The translations under genes and the position numbers were made by a program. Of a stretch of DNA of 64,000 nucleotides, positions 53,001 to 64,000 are shown in pieces (the first letter of the stretch is position 1; every line of letters starts with the position of its first letter). This stretch comes from Eledone cirrhosa (taxonomy: Eukaryota): positions 334,552,001 to 334,616,000 of the forward strand of contig OZ024741.1 of NCBI GenBank assembly GCA_964016885.1, given 5' to 3'. The notes under the pieces are model-generated. The model saw only the letters and a program-made list of their open reading frames with translations, was not told the DNA's origin and ran no database searches.

Positions 53001-53745
53001 GCATTTCTGGACAGCTTAATATGTCCCTATCCTTACTTCTAATTAAGAATCTATCTAAGTACGATCTAGATTGACCACTGTGGTTTCTCCAAGTCCAGGT
53101 AGGCACAGTTGGAAAATCTAGTCGATATCTATCGACCAAGTTAAAACGGTCGAGTAACCCCTTGAGGCTGTTACACCCCCCTCTATTAGGACATGCTCCT
53201 GCATAGTCCCAACGTGCATCCAGGATGTCATTCCAATCCCCCGCTAGAAGCAGGGAACGCGACGTTCCCAGAAAAGTCTCCAAACGCTGGAAGAAGTCGG
53301 GCCGTTCAGCTCCGAAAGGGGAGTAGACGGCGACCAGTCTCAAGGCCGCACTTTCACTACTGCCAACGTCTAGCACCAACAAACGACCCTCCGGGTCCGA
53401 GTGCACAACCTGTACGTCAAGACCCAGGTGTTTTTGCAGCAGCACGACAACCCCACCCCCACCTCCAGGTTGACAGAGAGATGCATGCACCTCAAAGTCA
53501 TCGAAGGTGGGGGCCAGCTGCCGCATGACGCTGATTCGAGTCTCACAGATAACCATTACATTTATACTACATGACCTGAGGTCATTTAGAAGCTTTGCTT
53601 GCTTCCAAGTTGAGCCCAGGCCACGTGCATTCAAACATCCTACTCTTAACACATCCATGTGGGCGGCAGAGCCAAAGGAGAGTGTAGAGACCTACCTTTC
53701 CGCTTCCCGGGGTTCGGGTTGCACGACTTCCATGGGGTCGGGGGT
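50003..53745 (-). mobile_element. L1/Tx1-type LINE, 5'-truncated (ORF1 missing), with intact ORF2 and 3' UTR
   Basis: Uninterrupted ORF. AATAAA on the minus strand at about 50011. Both ends abut TA-rich repeats. Confidence 0.9.
50221..53658 (-). CDS. LINE ORF2: APE endonuclease + reverse transcriptase + CCHC zinc finger (1145 aa)
   Basis: LNARGL, GDWN, SYLDRF, TDH, GPGYWKLN, RPITLLN, QGCPLS, AYADD and CPRC..ETVAHALVQC. Confidence 0.93.
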   Translation of the reverse strand: MDVLRVGCLNARGLGSTWKQAKLLNDLRSCSINVMVICETRISVMRQLAPTFDDFEVHASLCQPGGGGGVVVLLQKHLGLDVQVVHSDPEGRLLVLDVGSSESAALRLVAVYSPFGAERPDFFQRLETFLGTSRSLLLAGDWNDILDARWDYAGACPNRGGCNSLKGLLDRFNLVDRYRLDFPTVPTWTWRNHSGQSRSYLDRFLIRSKDRDILSCPEMRTVGYTDHKLVTCVVNLEKTHRQGPGYWKLNLSLPAKETYRNRISRLVKERLTGAIVNNRWWASLKREIRTESISYSKMLAANRNRNEKELTGKLEEAIKSEDVARVLASRTALNQFFDAKHEGCVIRSKIRALGNEGAKAVGWARVTEAKSGNRSTIRSLQDEDGRVIREPKQMCEAFQKHFARLFGGGEGPGRGVDFGPYLDGLPRLSNKEAESCEGPISADEIGDALSQCSRRKSPGLDGIPYELYLAMPVFFSELLEAVYCNWQQNGRIPCSVAKGVVTLVRKDENKGDSINNFRPITLLNTELKILAKVLAKRLALVVGGLVGDAQTCAIPSRSIHDNLHLMRYIIERVGNKPGFGGALINLDQSKAFDRVDHGYLDAVLAAAGFGPVFRGWITALHSNHICSRIKVNGYLSKPFEITRSIRQGCPLSSLLYVLILEPLLRKLELLQGIPLEPGLSKAVSAYADDVTVMVSTDSEIEAIGTLLEEYERLSGAKLNREKSIGLQLGTWRGRPMPPDGVVGHWTEGPVKLLGVWFGPDLQVEKNWNEVTNKVFALTQKWAKCKLSLKGRAEVANIYIASVTYYRLTVVPCPKETLTTMERMLFQFLWKKRPPMVRRSICCQQPSKGGLGMPWLMMRRHALRLRHLQVFLTGQPVWAPFVKRAFPRLVSLTELQSWVKQRSGKLGDWHTECAQALRALWQAGWAIGGESTSSFYRGLVASRGDDTLGESLDMEEDELASLFGRTFGPGPMDNFQKSLAWQCYRGALPVRERLYRHGRPGRDPSKKICPRCVRHEETVAHALVQCPGVADLWGYAEQLLSRVAPIKLTAESVMTIKPPPLFTKEAKAVFLCVIAMLKEVVWWTRLKGLRSGNFLSSHSLVYFFRYHFGRRIRMEREVLGHRQFYERWVIVARMARVNGPSLYTIL

Positions 53746-53774
53746 GTATATAGATAGATAGATATATATACATA

Positions 53775-53900
53775 TTCACGCATGCGCACTACGGTCCAGC
53801 CTTCGCGCATGCGCACTATGGTCCACACTTCACGCATGCGCATTACAGTTCACACTTCGCATGCGCACTAAGGTTCATCCTTCGCGCATGCAGACTAACG
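53775..53900. repeat. 27-bp tandem repeat ttcgcgcatgcgcactacggtccagcc (also 49778-49808, 54324-54376, 63910-64000)
   Basis: Seen directly. Each unit carries the palindrome GCGCATGCGC. The downstream flank 53946-54100 is repeated at 54428-54596. Confidence 0.85.
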
Positions 53901-54277
53901 GCCCCGCCTACCTGTACATCTACCTGCTTATCTCCCCCTCTCCCCCAATATATACATATATATGTCTATTTATGAATAGATATATTTGTGTGTGCCTGTC
54001 CATTTCAAGAATTACAAAGAATTTGTGAGTTACTTCATACGGAGAGGATTAATAATAGCTTCACTAACTTTGGGGAACGATTTTTGTGTGGTGTGTGGTA
54101 TATATATATATATATATATATCCCAAGGCTTTGATACCATCAACACCATACACACACAGGTGGCATATCTAAGAACTGACTAACTGCCTGATTAGGTCAT
54201 AGCCATTCAATGGCTATCATCGAAATATATATAGCAGTAAATAAAGGATTATGAGTTCATGCAATTGACTTGTTTCG

Positions 54278-54326
<49 letters not shown>

Positions 54327-55409
54327 GCGCATGCGCACTACGGTCCAGCCTTCGCGCATGCGAACTACGGTCCAGCATAACTGTTAATTTACCTTCCGAT
54401 CTATCTACCTGTCTCTCTATCTGGTGCAATATATACATATATATGTCTATGTATGAATAGATGTATTTGTGTGTGTCTGTCCGTTAGATGTATAATTCCA
54501 TTTCAAGAATTATGAACAACTTGTAAGTTACTTTAGCCGAGGAGGATTAATAATAACTTCACTAACTGGGGGACGATTTGTGTGTGGTGTTTGGTATGGG
54601 TACGAGCTGGCCAGAGGTCCGCAACATCGCTGGTTATAGACCGCTAAGCATGGGCTTAATCTTTACTTTATATTCTACCCAGAAACTTTATCGTGACTAT
54701 CTATAATACACTTAAACTTTTTCATAAAAGCCTCCCTCTGTAAAATCTTTAACTAAATCTCACACCTTTAAACCTAAACCTTATTTTTCTAATTTCATCT
54801 TAAATGGCATCTTCTAACTCTAAACATAAATTTAACGTTTCTAATTGTTAATCGTAATTTCTGTCCATACATTATACCATGCAGACGCCTACTATATATT
54901 ACTAGATATAGCTTTGTTAAAGATATGTTCTTTGAAAATATATTTTTCGCGGCACCAGCTTGATTGTAACCTGATCTCAACGCTGGCCTCTGTCTTTGAC
55001 GAGGTGGTAGTAGTACACTATAAGCCTACGCCCCTTCACCAGATGGACATAAGTAGGCTTAATAATCACCACTTGAGGGCGGCCGACTGGGATAGAATCT
55101 GCTAAATGTTCGGTCGCCTTCATGTCTCTGATTTTCAGCCCCATGGATTTTGTCTATTATATTCATACTGAACCCGGTCATTGAAATGGTCATAGTATAA
55201 TAAACCTTTTAAGGAATTACACCAGTCCAGCCTCCTGTTATTTTATAATAATTAACTCCGTACTCGCATCGCCAACTACACAAATGAAGACGGGTGAGTT
55301 GCATAACGTTGAGTGCTCTCCATAATATTACATCGAGGTTGACCATACGGAATGACCAGTTCTATCCAGTGGTGAACCAACAAACCTAAATAAATATATA
55401 TATACATAT

Positions 55410-55775
55410 ATAACAAAATACTGGTGTGTATGAATATAACAAAAGACACAGTTGTGTGTATAAAGTTTAATTAACAAGTTGAAGTTATGTAGAATAGTAT
55501 AGTTGACATGTCCATGAGTAGATGAAAGATTGAAGTAAAGTTATTTGTTACCGTTTTGAAGTGAGCTCGCAAGAGACCATGTTAGGGTTGTCAGGCGAAC
55601 GCGCCTGGCCGAAGGGCCAGGCAGGTTAGAAGAAGGCAAATGAGAGAGAGAGATCGCTCTGACTATCCCTTTTATAGGGTCTCAGGACGGAAGTGACAAA
55701 AAGGGTTCTGCCACCTCAACGGGAAGTAACTCCAGCTACTTCCTTCTAGAGAGCGGTGATGTGATTGTCATAACA
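55410..55775 (-). mobile_element. Probable solo LTR; internally deleted relatives at 56828-56939 and 61943-62054
   Basis: Minus strand starts TGTTATGAC, has a TATAAAA box followed by agtcag and CT runs, then ATTAAA. Both ends are shared with the shorter copies. Confidence 0.5.
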
Positions 55776-56970
55776 AAGGAGGCAACTCTTGCAACATTAC
55801 CCCCAGCCAGATTTTTAAAATATAAAAATCGAATGAACCATGTATGGAGTAAGATGGCGAGCATGTAACACCGAAGTCCAGTCATGAAAATTACGAAAAA
55901 AATAATGTTTGCAATAAAAGGAAAACAGCAAAATATATGCATGCAAAAATCAATGATAGGTATCAAGGTAGCCAACGGCTCTTGGACAGAAAACGACTGG
56001 ACATCTATCTATCCATCACTCAAAGATACAATGTAATCAAAGTAAAAGAAGAGGTCAAAGTTCAAATGTTCAAGATACAGTTCACAGGTGTGCAATCACA
56101 TGACAGCAGGAACGAAAGTGTGTCCTAGAGAATGTATGCAGGTGGTTTCTGGTCTGTGGTACAACGTGAAAGTCCCAACCTCTGAAGGGATTTTCTCACA
56201 GGAAGAGTACTGCAAAAATAAATTCTGTCTTGTTCTGCTGGTTTTGGTTGTTGCTGTTATCTAAAGCAAAGATGAAGCTGTGTTGTTGTCTCGCGGAGTG
56301 AGCGTATTCGATGTTGTTTAAATTCACAGTAAAAATTTTCACAGAAAAAATGAGTTGCGCAAAGTGCTAGAAATAACAGCCAAAGTTGATGGTCGATGTT
56401 GAGAATGCGTTGACCTGGAAGGGTCAAGAGGCCAGCGACCAAAGAAATAAGCATTCTGAATAAATGCGCAGTTTTCAACGGCAAATTTACGTGGTAAATG
56501 TTTAAACCGGCAAATAGGAGAATATAGCTTAAGGCTGGAGAATCCTTGTCAAGAAACATTATCTATGGCGTGTGTTATCTCAGTGAGTCGAGATGTGTGC
56601 TCCCCACACGTGCCGAAATAAGGTTAAAGTCAAGTTGAAAAAAAAATATTTCTATTGCGCGAGAAAATGGCGCGAAAATGATAGTGCAACAGGTCGTTGG
56701 CAGCCATTTTGAAAGATTTTGGTCGACACCTTCCAACGAAAATGGGGTACTGCTAATTAATTTTTTTATATATATTCACACAACACCAATTCCTATTATT
56801 TTTTCATTTTTTCGGGGTCACCACTTATAACCGAATACTGGTGTGTATGAATATAGCAAGACACTAGGTTGTGCCGGTCCAACGGGAAGTAACTCCAGCT
56901 ACTTCCTGTCTAGAGAGCGGTGATGTGATTGTCATAACAAGGGGGGAAACACTTACTACACATATATACA

Positions 56971-57022
<52 letters not shown>

Positions 57023-57044
57023 CATATACATATACATATATATA

Positions 57045-57520
57045 GCTTGAGATCGGTGTGGAAGTCTGACTTTTGTAAAGAGCTGAAAATCCGCCTCTTC
57101 ATTGTTGTAGTGGAGTCTGTGTTGCTGTACGGGTCTGAGACTTGGACACTGACAAAGAAACTCACTCAGATGGTAGATGGGTGCTATACGAGAATGCTGA
57201 GGATGGCTCTGAACATTAATCAGTATACACTGACGATGAAAAGCTCAGCTGTATGGGAGCCTCCCAAAAGTCAGCTCAAAAGTGACACAGAAAAGACTGA
57301 TTGTTAGCTGGACATGCTCACCGACATCCAGATTTGACACTGCATTCAGTGCTCCTGTAGGAGCCCCTGCATGGACACACTGGAAGAGGAAGACCAAGGT
57401 TAACATATGTTGATGCCTAAGGACAGAAACTGGTCTCTTTGAGACGCAGGACATGGCGGCGATGATGAGGGACAGAGACCGCTGGAGAGAACTCGTCCAT
57501 GGATCTCGGTAATTTTACCC
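57045..57520 (+). mobile_element. RTE-type LINE 3' fragment (mirror copy at 61365-61842, minus strand)
   Basis: LKIRLF..VESVLLYGSETWTLT..DGCYTRMLRMALN. Confidence 0.8.
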
Positions 57521-57566
57521 GCCCTAGATATATATATATATATATATATATAGTACTATATGTATA

Positions 57567-58155
57567 TCATCATCATCACCGTTTTACGTCTGTTCTTCCA
57601 CACTAGCATGGGTTAGACGGGTTGTCCTGTTGTGGGCAGTGTCCGGTCGGCTGACCATGCCTTGCTCAAACGGGAACTGATTCTGGCTTGATTTCTACAG
57701 CTGGATGCCCATCATAACACCAACCTCATTTACAGTAAGTGCTAGGTGCTTTTTTCCCGTGGCGCCTACACGTCCACTTTACAGTGTGGGCTGGGTGCTT
57801 TTTTTGCCGTGGCACCTCCACGACCACTTTGCAGTGGGAGGGTGTGAGGGCATATTGTCTATATGCTTCAGCTTCGGCTTGTACCCGTGGGGGGTCGGGT
57901 CTTCAGTATTACTGCGTGACGCCAGAGGTCACGGTCGTGTGTCATCGCCTTTAAGAGGTGTAATTGGGTAAGGTCGGCTTTTATCACCTCATTCCAGGTC
58001 TTCTTGGGTCTTCCCACTCCGCGGTTGCCACCGACTTCTAGTGCTCTGCACCTTTTTATGCAGCTGTCATCCTTCATACGCATCACATGTCCATACCAAC
58101 GCAGTCGCCTCTCCTGCACACAGCATTTGATTCCTCTTATGCTCAGTGTCTTCTC
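57567..58155 (-). mobile_element. RTE 3' fragment with 3' UTR and (TGA)n tail (mirror copy at 60723-61320, plus strand)
   Basis: QERRLRWYGHVMRM and GRPKKTW. The UTR is shared with 10193-10620 and the SINE tail. Confidence 0.85.
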
Positions 58156-58599
58156 AATTCATTTTTGCTTTGCCGTTATATATATATAAACGTTTGTATA
58201 TGTATAATAAAACCAAAGCAATGCAGGTATGGGTATAGAATAAAGAATGCAAATGTAAAAGATATTGTTGACAATTAGTCTTTTACCTTAGATTTATTTA
58301 AATGTCCTTAATTTTCGAGATAATATCTCTTCTTCGGAGGGAAGTAAAGTGGTTAAACCAGTGTTCTAAATAGCTTGCCAAGTCATGCTGACAGGAAATG
58401 GTATAGAGTATCTGTTCTATCTCTAATATCAAAGAGTTAAGGTTAGGTGGATAAAGAGTAGTCTCCCTTTAAAAGGATTTTTTTTTTTGTACATGCCTGT
58501 TTAAGTGCGTGGGAGAATGCGTGAAGGTGTAAGTATGTGTATGTGTGTGAGAAGATATGTCTACACGTCAATGGAAAAAGATATGTCTACACGTCAATG

Positions 58600-60321
58600 A
58601 ACTATATACAGAGATCCCGGACATGACTGCAGCTCAGATCGAAAAACAAACCAACTCCATCTGGTTCGACATCTGTAGGAGAAGACAACTCACAAATAAA
58701 GTTAAGCTCAACTACACCACTAAAATAGCAGACTGCCCACTTTCAACCACCTCATCAAAACCCACAAGAATAGTACTAAGACACAAATAAGACCCATCGT
58801 CTCTAGCATAGAAGGACCCCTATACAAAATTTCCTGGCTCCTCTCCCAGGTCCTCAAGCCTCTACTCTCCACCTTTCCCGGGCGCATGTCAGTAGCTCCG
58901 ACGAAGTCATACGTAGACTACACCAACTCCAGCCAGAACAACTTAAAGTAAATAGATACGCCTTTAGCCTCGACGTTATCTCCCTCTACACTACAATCTC
59001 CGTTCATCTAGCTGTCGATTTATTGACGGACTGCGTGGTCGCAGAGGACATCCACTGCTACGGCCTCCATCCGACGGACATACACCAGCTTTTGTCCTTC
59101 ACAGTGGACAACACGTACTTCACCTTCCACCACCACACATACAGACAGACAACAGGATTACCCATGGGATCCAGCCTATCGGGCCTGTTGGCCATCACCT
59201 ATATGAACCAGCTAGAATGCCGAGCCCTCAACCATGCCATTCCCATACCTTCTTCACCCGATATGTAGATGTCATACTCATCCTTACATCATCCCGTGAG
59301 GAGGCAGATAAAATATACACAACATTCTCCAGCATGGACGCCAGTAAAAAGTTCAGCATGGAACACCCCGATGACCGCGGATCCCTAGCCCTACTGGACT
59401 TCCAACTCAGAGTAACAGAGGAAGGCAATATCCACACCTGCTTCTATAAAAAAGCCACCAGCAGAGACCTGTTCGTACATTTCAGATCGGCCCTCCCAGC
59501 CGGCGCTAAGTTCGGATACATAAGGAACGAACTAACACGTATCCGGAACAAATGCACCGACGCTAGAGAGCGAGACACACACACACCACACATTTCCTGG
59601 AAGTACTCAAACTGAACGGATACACGACATCCACCACAAACCGTGCCAGAAAGAACAGACGACACCACACCCGAGGCACTAACACTTGCCTCCTGAAGCT
59701 CCCGCACTTCAGTGACGAAACAACAACAGCCATCCGCAGAGCTATCAGACGAGAGGGACTAGATAGCCAACTAGCCCACTCAAGTCCTTCTCTACGCGGA
59801 CAGCTAACCAAAAGACACTCCACCAGACATGACAACTGCTGCAGGTTAGCCAACTGCCCCATCAACGACACAGACCTATGCCACCAGGCTTACGTCGTAT
59901 ACAGACTAGAGTGCGACAAATGCAGCAATTGCTACGTATGTAGCACCACCAGACCACTCCACATAAGAATAAAAGAACATCTCAATACTAACGCTTCCTC
60001 ATTTAAGAAAGACCTAGTTAAATGCAAAAACACCGACAAAACCATAACAGTTAGGATAGAAACTAAGGAAAGAAACCTCGGCAATCTTAGAATTAAGGAA
60101 GCACTAATTATAGACAAAACACAACCACCAATCAATAATAGACTAGAACTCAACACCCAATTTATAACTTGATAGAGCATCTAGCCCCATATTTACACCC
60201 TCCCCTCCCACACGCACGCAAGCACACGCTTACACCTCCACTTATTCTCTCTCACACACACAAAGACCAGTTCTAACACGAGATAACATCTATCCCCCAC
60301 ATTTACGTGTAGACGTATCTT

Positions 60322-60356
<35 letters not shown>

Positions 60357-60622
60357 TTACACCTTCACGCATTCTCCCACACACTTAAACAGGCATGTAC
60401 AAAAAAAACCTTTTAAAGGGAGACTACTCTTTATACACCTAACCTTAACTCTTTAATATTAGAGATAGAACAGATACTCTATACCATTTCCTGTCAGCAT
60501 GACATGGCAAGCTATTTAGAACACTGGTTTAACCGCTTTACTTCCCTCCGAAGAAGAGATATTATCTCGAAAATTAAGGACATTGAAATAAATCTAAGGT
60601 AAAAGACTAATTGTCAACAATA
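58600..60622 (+). mobile_element. Penelope-like element, disrupted RT + GIY-YIG with 3' pLTR; further pLTRs at 58262-58572 (-) and 62652-63024 (+)
   Basis: FSLDVISLYT, YRQTTGLPMGSSLS, TRYVDVIL, LALLDF, VVYRLECDKC..YV and EALII. Confidence 0.88.
60543..60580 (+). ncRNA. Minimal hammerhead-like motif with U4C core variant (copies at 58305-58342 minus and 62948-62985 plus)
   Basis: cct CCGAAGA a gagat att atctc GAAA at TA agg; stem III is the palindrome aatt. Confidence 0.5.
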
Positions 60623-61840
60623 TCTTTTGCATTTGCATTCTTTATTCTATGCCCATACCTGCATTGTTTTGGCTTTATTATACATATACAAACGTCTATA
60701 TATATATATATATATATATATAGCGGCAAAGCATAAATGAATTGAGAGAGACACTGAGCATAAGAGGAATCAAATGCTGTGTGCAGGAGAGGCGACTGCG
60801 TTGGTATGGACATGTGATGCCTATGAAAGATGACAGCTGCATAAAAAGGTGCAGAGCACTAGAAGTCGGTGGCAACCGCGGAGTGGGAAGACCCAAGAAG
60901 ACCTGGAATGAGGTGATAAAAGCCGACCTTACCCAATTACACCTCTTAAAGGCGATGACGCACGACCCTGACCTCTGGCGTCACGCAGTAATACAGAAGA
61001 CCCGACCCCCCACGGGTACAAGCCGAAGCTGAAGCATATAGACAATATGCCCTCACACCTCCCACTGCAAAGTGGCCATGGAGGTGCCACGGCAAAAAGG
61101 TACCCAGCCCACACTGTAAAGTGAACGTGTAGGCGCCACGGGAAAAAGCACCTAGCACTCACTGTAAATTAGGAAGGGCATCCAGCTGTAGAAATCAAGC
61201 CAGAATCAGTTCCCGTTTGAGCAAGGCATTGTCAGCCGACCGGACACTGCCCACAACAGGACAACCCGTCTAACCCATGCTAGTGTGGAAGAACAGACGT
61301 AAAACGGTGATGATGATGATATACATATAGTACTATATATCTATATATATATATATATCTAGGGCGGGTAAAATACCGAGATTCATGGACGAGTTCTCTC
61401 CAGCGGTCTCTGTCCCTCATCATCGCCGCCATGTCCTGCGTCTCAAAGAGACCAGTTTCTGTCCATAGGGCATCAACATATGTTAACCTTGGTCTTCCTC
61501 TTCCAGTGTGTCCATGCAGGGGCTCCTACAGGAGCACTGAATGCAGTGTCACATCTGGATGTCGGTGAGCATGTCCAGCTAACAATCAGTCTTCTCTGTG
61601 TCACTTTTGAGCTGACTTTTGGGAGGCTCCCATATAGCTGAGTTTTTCTTCCTCAGTGTATACTGATTAATGTTCAGAGCCATCCTCAGCATTCTCGTAT
61701 AGCACCCATCTACCATCTGAGTGAGTTTCTTGGTCAGTGTCCAAGTCTCAGACCCGTACAGCAGCAGAGACTCCACTACAACAATGAAGAGGCGGACCTT
61801 CAGGTCTTTACAAAGGTCAGACTTCCACACCGATCTCAAG

Positions 61841-61886
<46 letters not shown>

Positions 61887-63020
61887 ATATGTATATATAT
61901 ATATATAGTTATGTATATATGTGTAGCAAGAGTTGCCTCCCTTGTTATGACAATCACATCACCGCTCTCTATACAGGAAGTAGCTGGAGTTACTTCTCGT
62001 TGGACCGGCACAACCTAGTGTCTTGCTATATTCATACACACCAGTATACGGTTATAAGTGGTGACCCCGAAAAAAGAAAAGAATAATAGGAATTGGTGTT
62101 GTGTGAATATATATAAAAAAATTAATTAGCAGTACCCCATTTTCGTTGGAAGGTGTCGACCAAAATCTTTCAAAATGGCTGCCAACGACCTGTTGCACTA
62201 ACATTTTCGCGCCATTTTCTCGCGCAATAGAATTTTTTTTTTTCAACCCGACTTTAACCTTGTTTCGGCACGTGTGGGGAGCACACATCTCGACTCACTG
62301 AGATAACACACGCCATAGATAATGTTTCTTGACAAGGATTCTCCAGCCTTAAACTATATTCTCCTATTTGCCGGTTTAAAAATTTACCACGTAAATTTGC
62401 CGTTGAAAACTGCGCATTTATTCAGAATGCTTATTTCTATGGTCGCTGGCCTTTTGACCCTCCCAGGTCAACGCATTCTCAACATCGACCATCAACTTTG
62501 GCTGTTATTTCTAGCACTTTGCGCAACTCCTTTTTTCTGGGAAATTTTTACTGTGAATTTAAACAACATCGAATACGCTCACTCCGCGAGACAACAACAC
62601 AGCTTCATCTTTACTTTAGACAACAGCAACAACCAAAACCAGCAGAACAAGACCCAATTTATAACTTGATAGAGCATCCAGCCCCATATTTACATCCCCC
62701 TTCCCACACATGCACACATGCTTACATCTCCACTTATTCTCTCTCACACACACACACATACTTACACCTTTACGCATTCTCCCACACACTTAAACAGGCA
62801 TGTACAAAAAAACCCTTTTAAAGGGAGACTACTCTTTATCCACCTAACCTTAACTCTTTGATATTAGAGATAGAACAGATACTCTATACCATTTCCTGTC
62901 AGCATGTCTTGGCAAGCTATTTAGAACACTGGTTTAACCGCTTTACTTCCCCCCGAAGAAGAGATATTATCTCGAAAATTAAGGACATTTAAATAAATCT
63001 AAGGTAAAAGATCTGTCAAC

Positions 63021-63905
63021 AATATATTTCTTTAATGGAATATATACAGTGAAGATTAATTATATTATAAGGTATCCATTTTTGAAGTTCTGGTCAACTT
63101 TATTTAGTTACCTACCTAGCTATGTGTGGTTACACACTTGTAAAAATTATCTCCTGTGATTATTCATGTTTATATATATGTTAATCAATTTCTAGTTATT
63201 ATAAAATGCTCCGACCTACTCGTTAGAACCTTAGAGATTATTTTCCGGGTGATCTGGCGCATGTCTTTCTGGCATGACACCCATCATTTTGATTTAGATT
63301 AAATTCATTTAATTTATCTTAATTTTGGATATAGATATATAAATACGGCTCCTTAATTGTAGAGCTAACCCTGTTGAAAGGACTGGACTGCTGTTTCTAG
63401 TTGTCGATAACCCTATTCACGCCACTGGGACGAAGCTACTATGATGTGTGTATTTCTAGTAAATACTACACGTGGTGATAGTCAGTCGCAGATTTGAACT
63501 TGAAGTGTAAGCTCGGATAGCTGGAAATTTCTTCCTTGTTGAAAATCCAAATCCCCACTTCCGTGGTTTACCATCCGATTAATTGGTGAAATATATTTCT
63601 TTAATGGAATATATACAGGGAAGATTAATCATATTATAAGGTATCAATTTTGAAGTTCTGGTCAACTTTATTTAGTTACCTACCTAGCTATGTGTGGTTA
63701 CACACTTGTAAAAATTATCTCCTGTGATTATTCATGTTTATATATATGTTAATCAATTTCTAGTTATTATAAAATGCTTGGACCTACTCGTTAGAATCTT
63801 AGACCTTATTTTCCGGGTGATATGGCGCATGTATTTCTGGCATGACGCCCATAATTTTGATTTAGATTAAATTCATTTAATTTATCTTAATTTTGGATAT
63901 ATATA
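63021..63905. repeat. Partial tandem duplication, period about 569 bp (63021-63335 matches 63590-63903)
   Basis: atatatttctttaatggaatatatacag..ttaattttggatata occurs twice. Confidence 0.88.
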
Positions 63906-64000
63906 TGTATTCGCGCATGTGCACTACGGTCCGGCCTTCGCACATGCGCACTACGGTACAGCCTTCGCGCATGCGCACTATGGTCCAGCCTTCGCGCATG

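Larger units (their letters stand above)
56226..62653. repeat. Large inverted duplication: arms 56226-58572 and 60300-62653 around a PLE coding region
   Basis: Mirror ORF pairs 56257/62322, 57047/61579 and 57868/60742. The arms are colinear reverse complements with scattered differences. Confidence 0.93.

Noticed and set aside
40654-53761. Antisense and alternative-frame ORFs over the LTR and L1 elements
   Set aside because: Shadow ORFs of GC-richer TE coding sequence with no motifs.
53775-53900. CRISPR-like array
   Set aside because: Head-to-tail repeats with no unique spacers, no cas genes, and a eukaryotic context.
54260-54285. Minus-strand gtgac GAAA caag TC half hammerhead
   Set aside because: The CTGANGA half is missing (replaced by TA repeat), so it cannot be called.
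56257-56559. Duplicated small protein gene (also 62322..62669)
   Set aside because: The copies are frameshifted relative to each other and have no recognisable domain; the inverted duplication explains them.

Overview
Repeat-saturated animal genomic DNA. It is probably cephalopod/Octopus-like, an inference from the SINE, RTE and TA/CA microsatellite types. No host protein-coding gene is supported. The window holds six Penelope-like element (PLE) copies or fragments and several RTE-clade LINE copies with partner tRNA-derived SINEs. It also contains an uninterrupted L1/Tx1-type ORF2 (1145 aa), a 4.2-kb LTR retrotransposon with a 5-bp TSD nested in a Helitron, an internally deleted Helitron, CRE-like fragments and about 10 kb of (TA)n/(CA)n arrays. 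The most interesting layer is not in the ORF track. About 13 type I hammerhead-ribozyme motifs from roughly six families sit in PLE terminal repeats. They have palindromic stem III, some have long stem II, and some have variant cores. PLEs also lie at the centre of inverted duplications: a short pLTR pair, a pair with 1.5-2 kb arms, and a pair with 2.3-kb arms that duplicates about 2 kb of non-PLE flanking DNA. All folds were built by eye and need covariance-model and cleavage tests.
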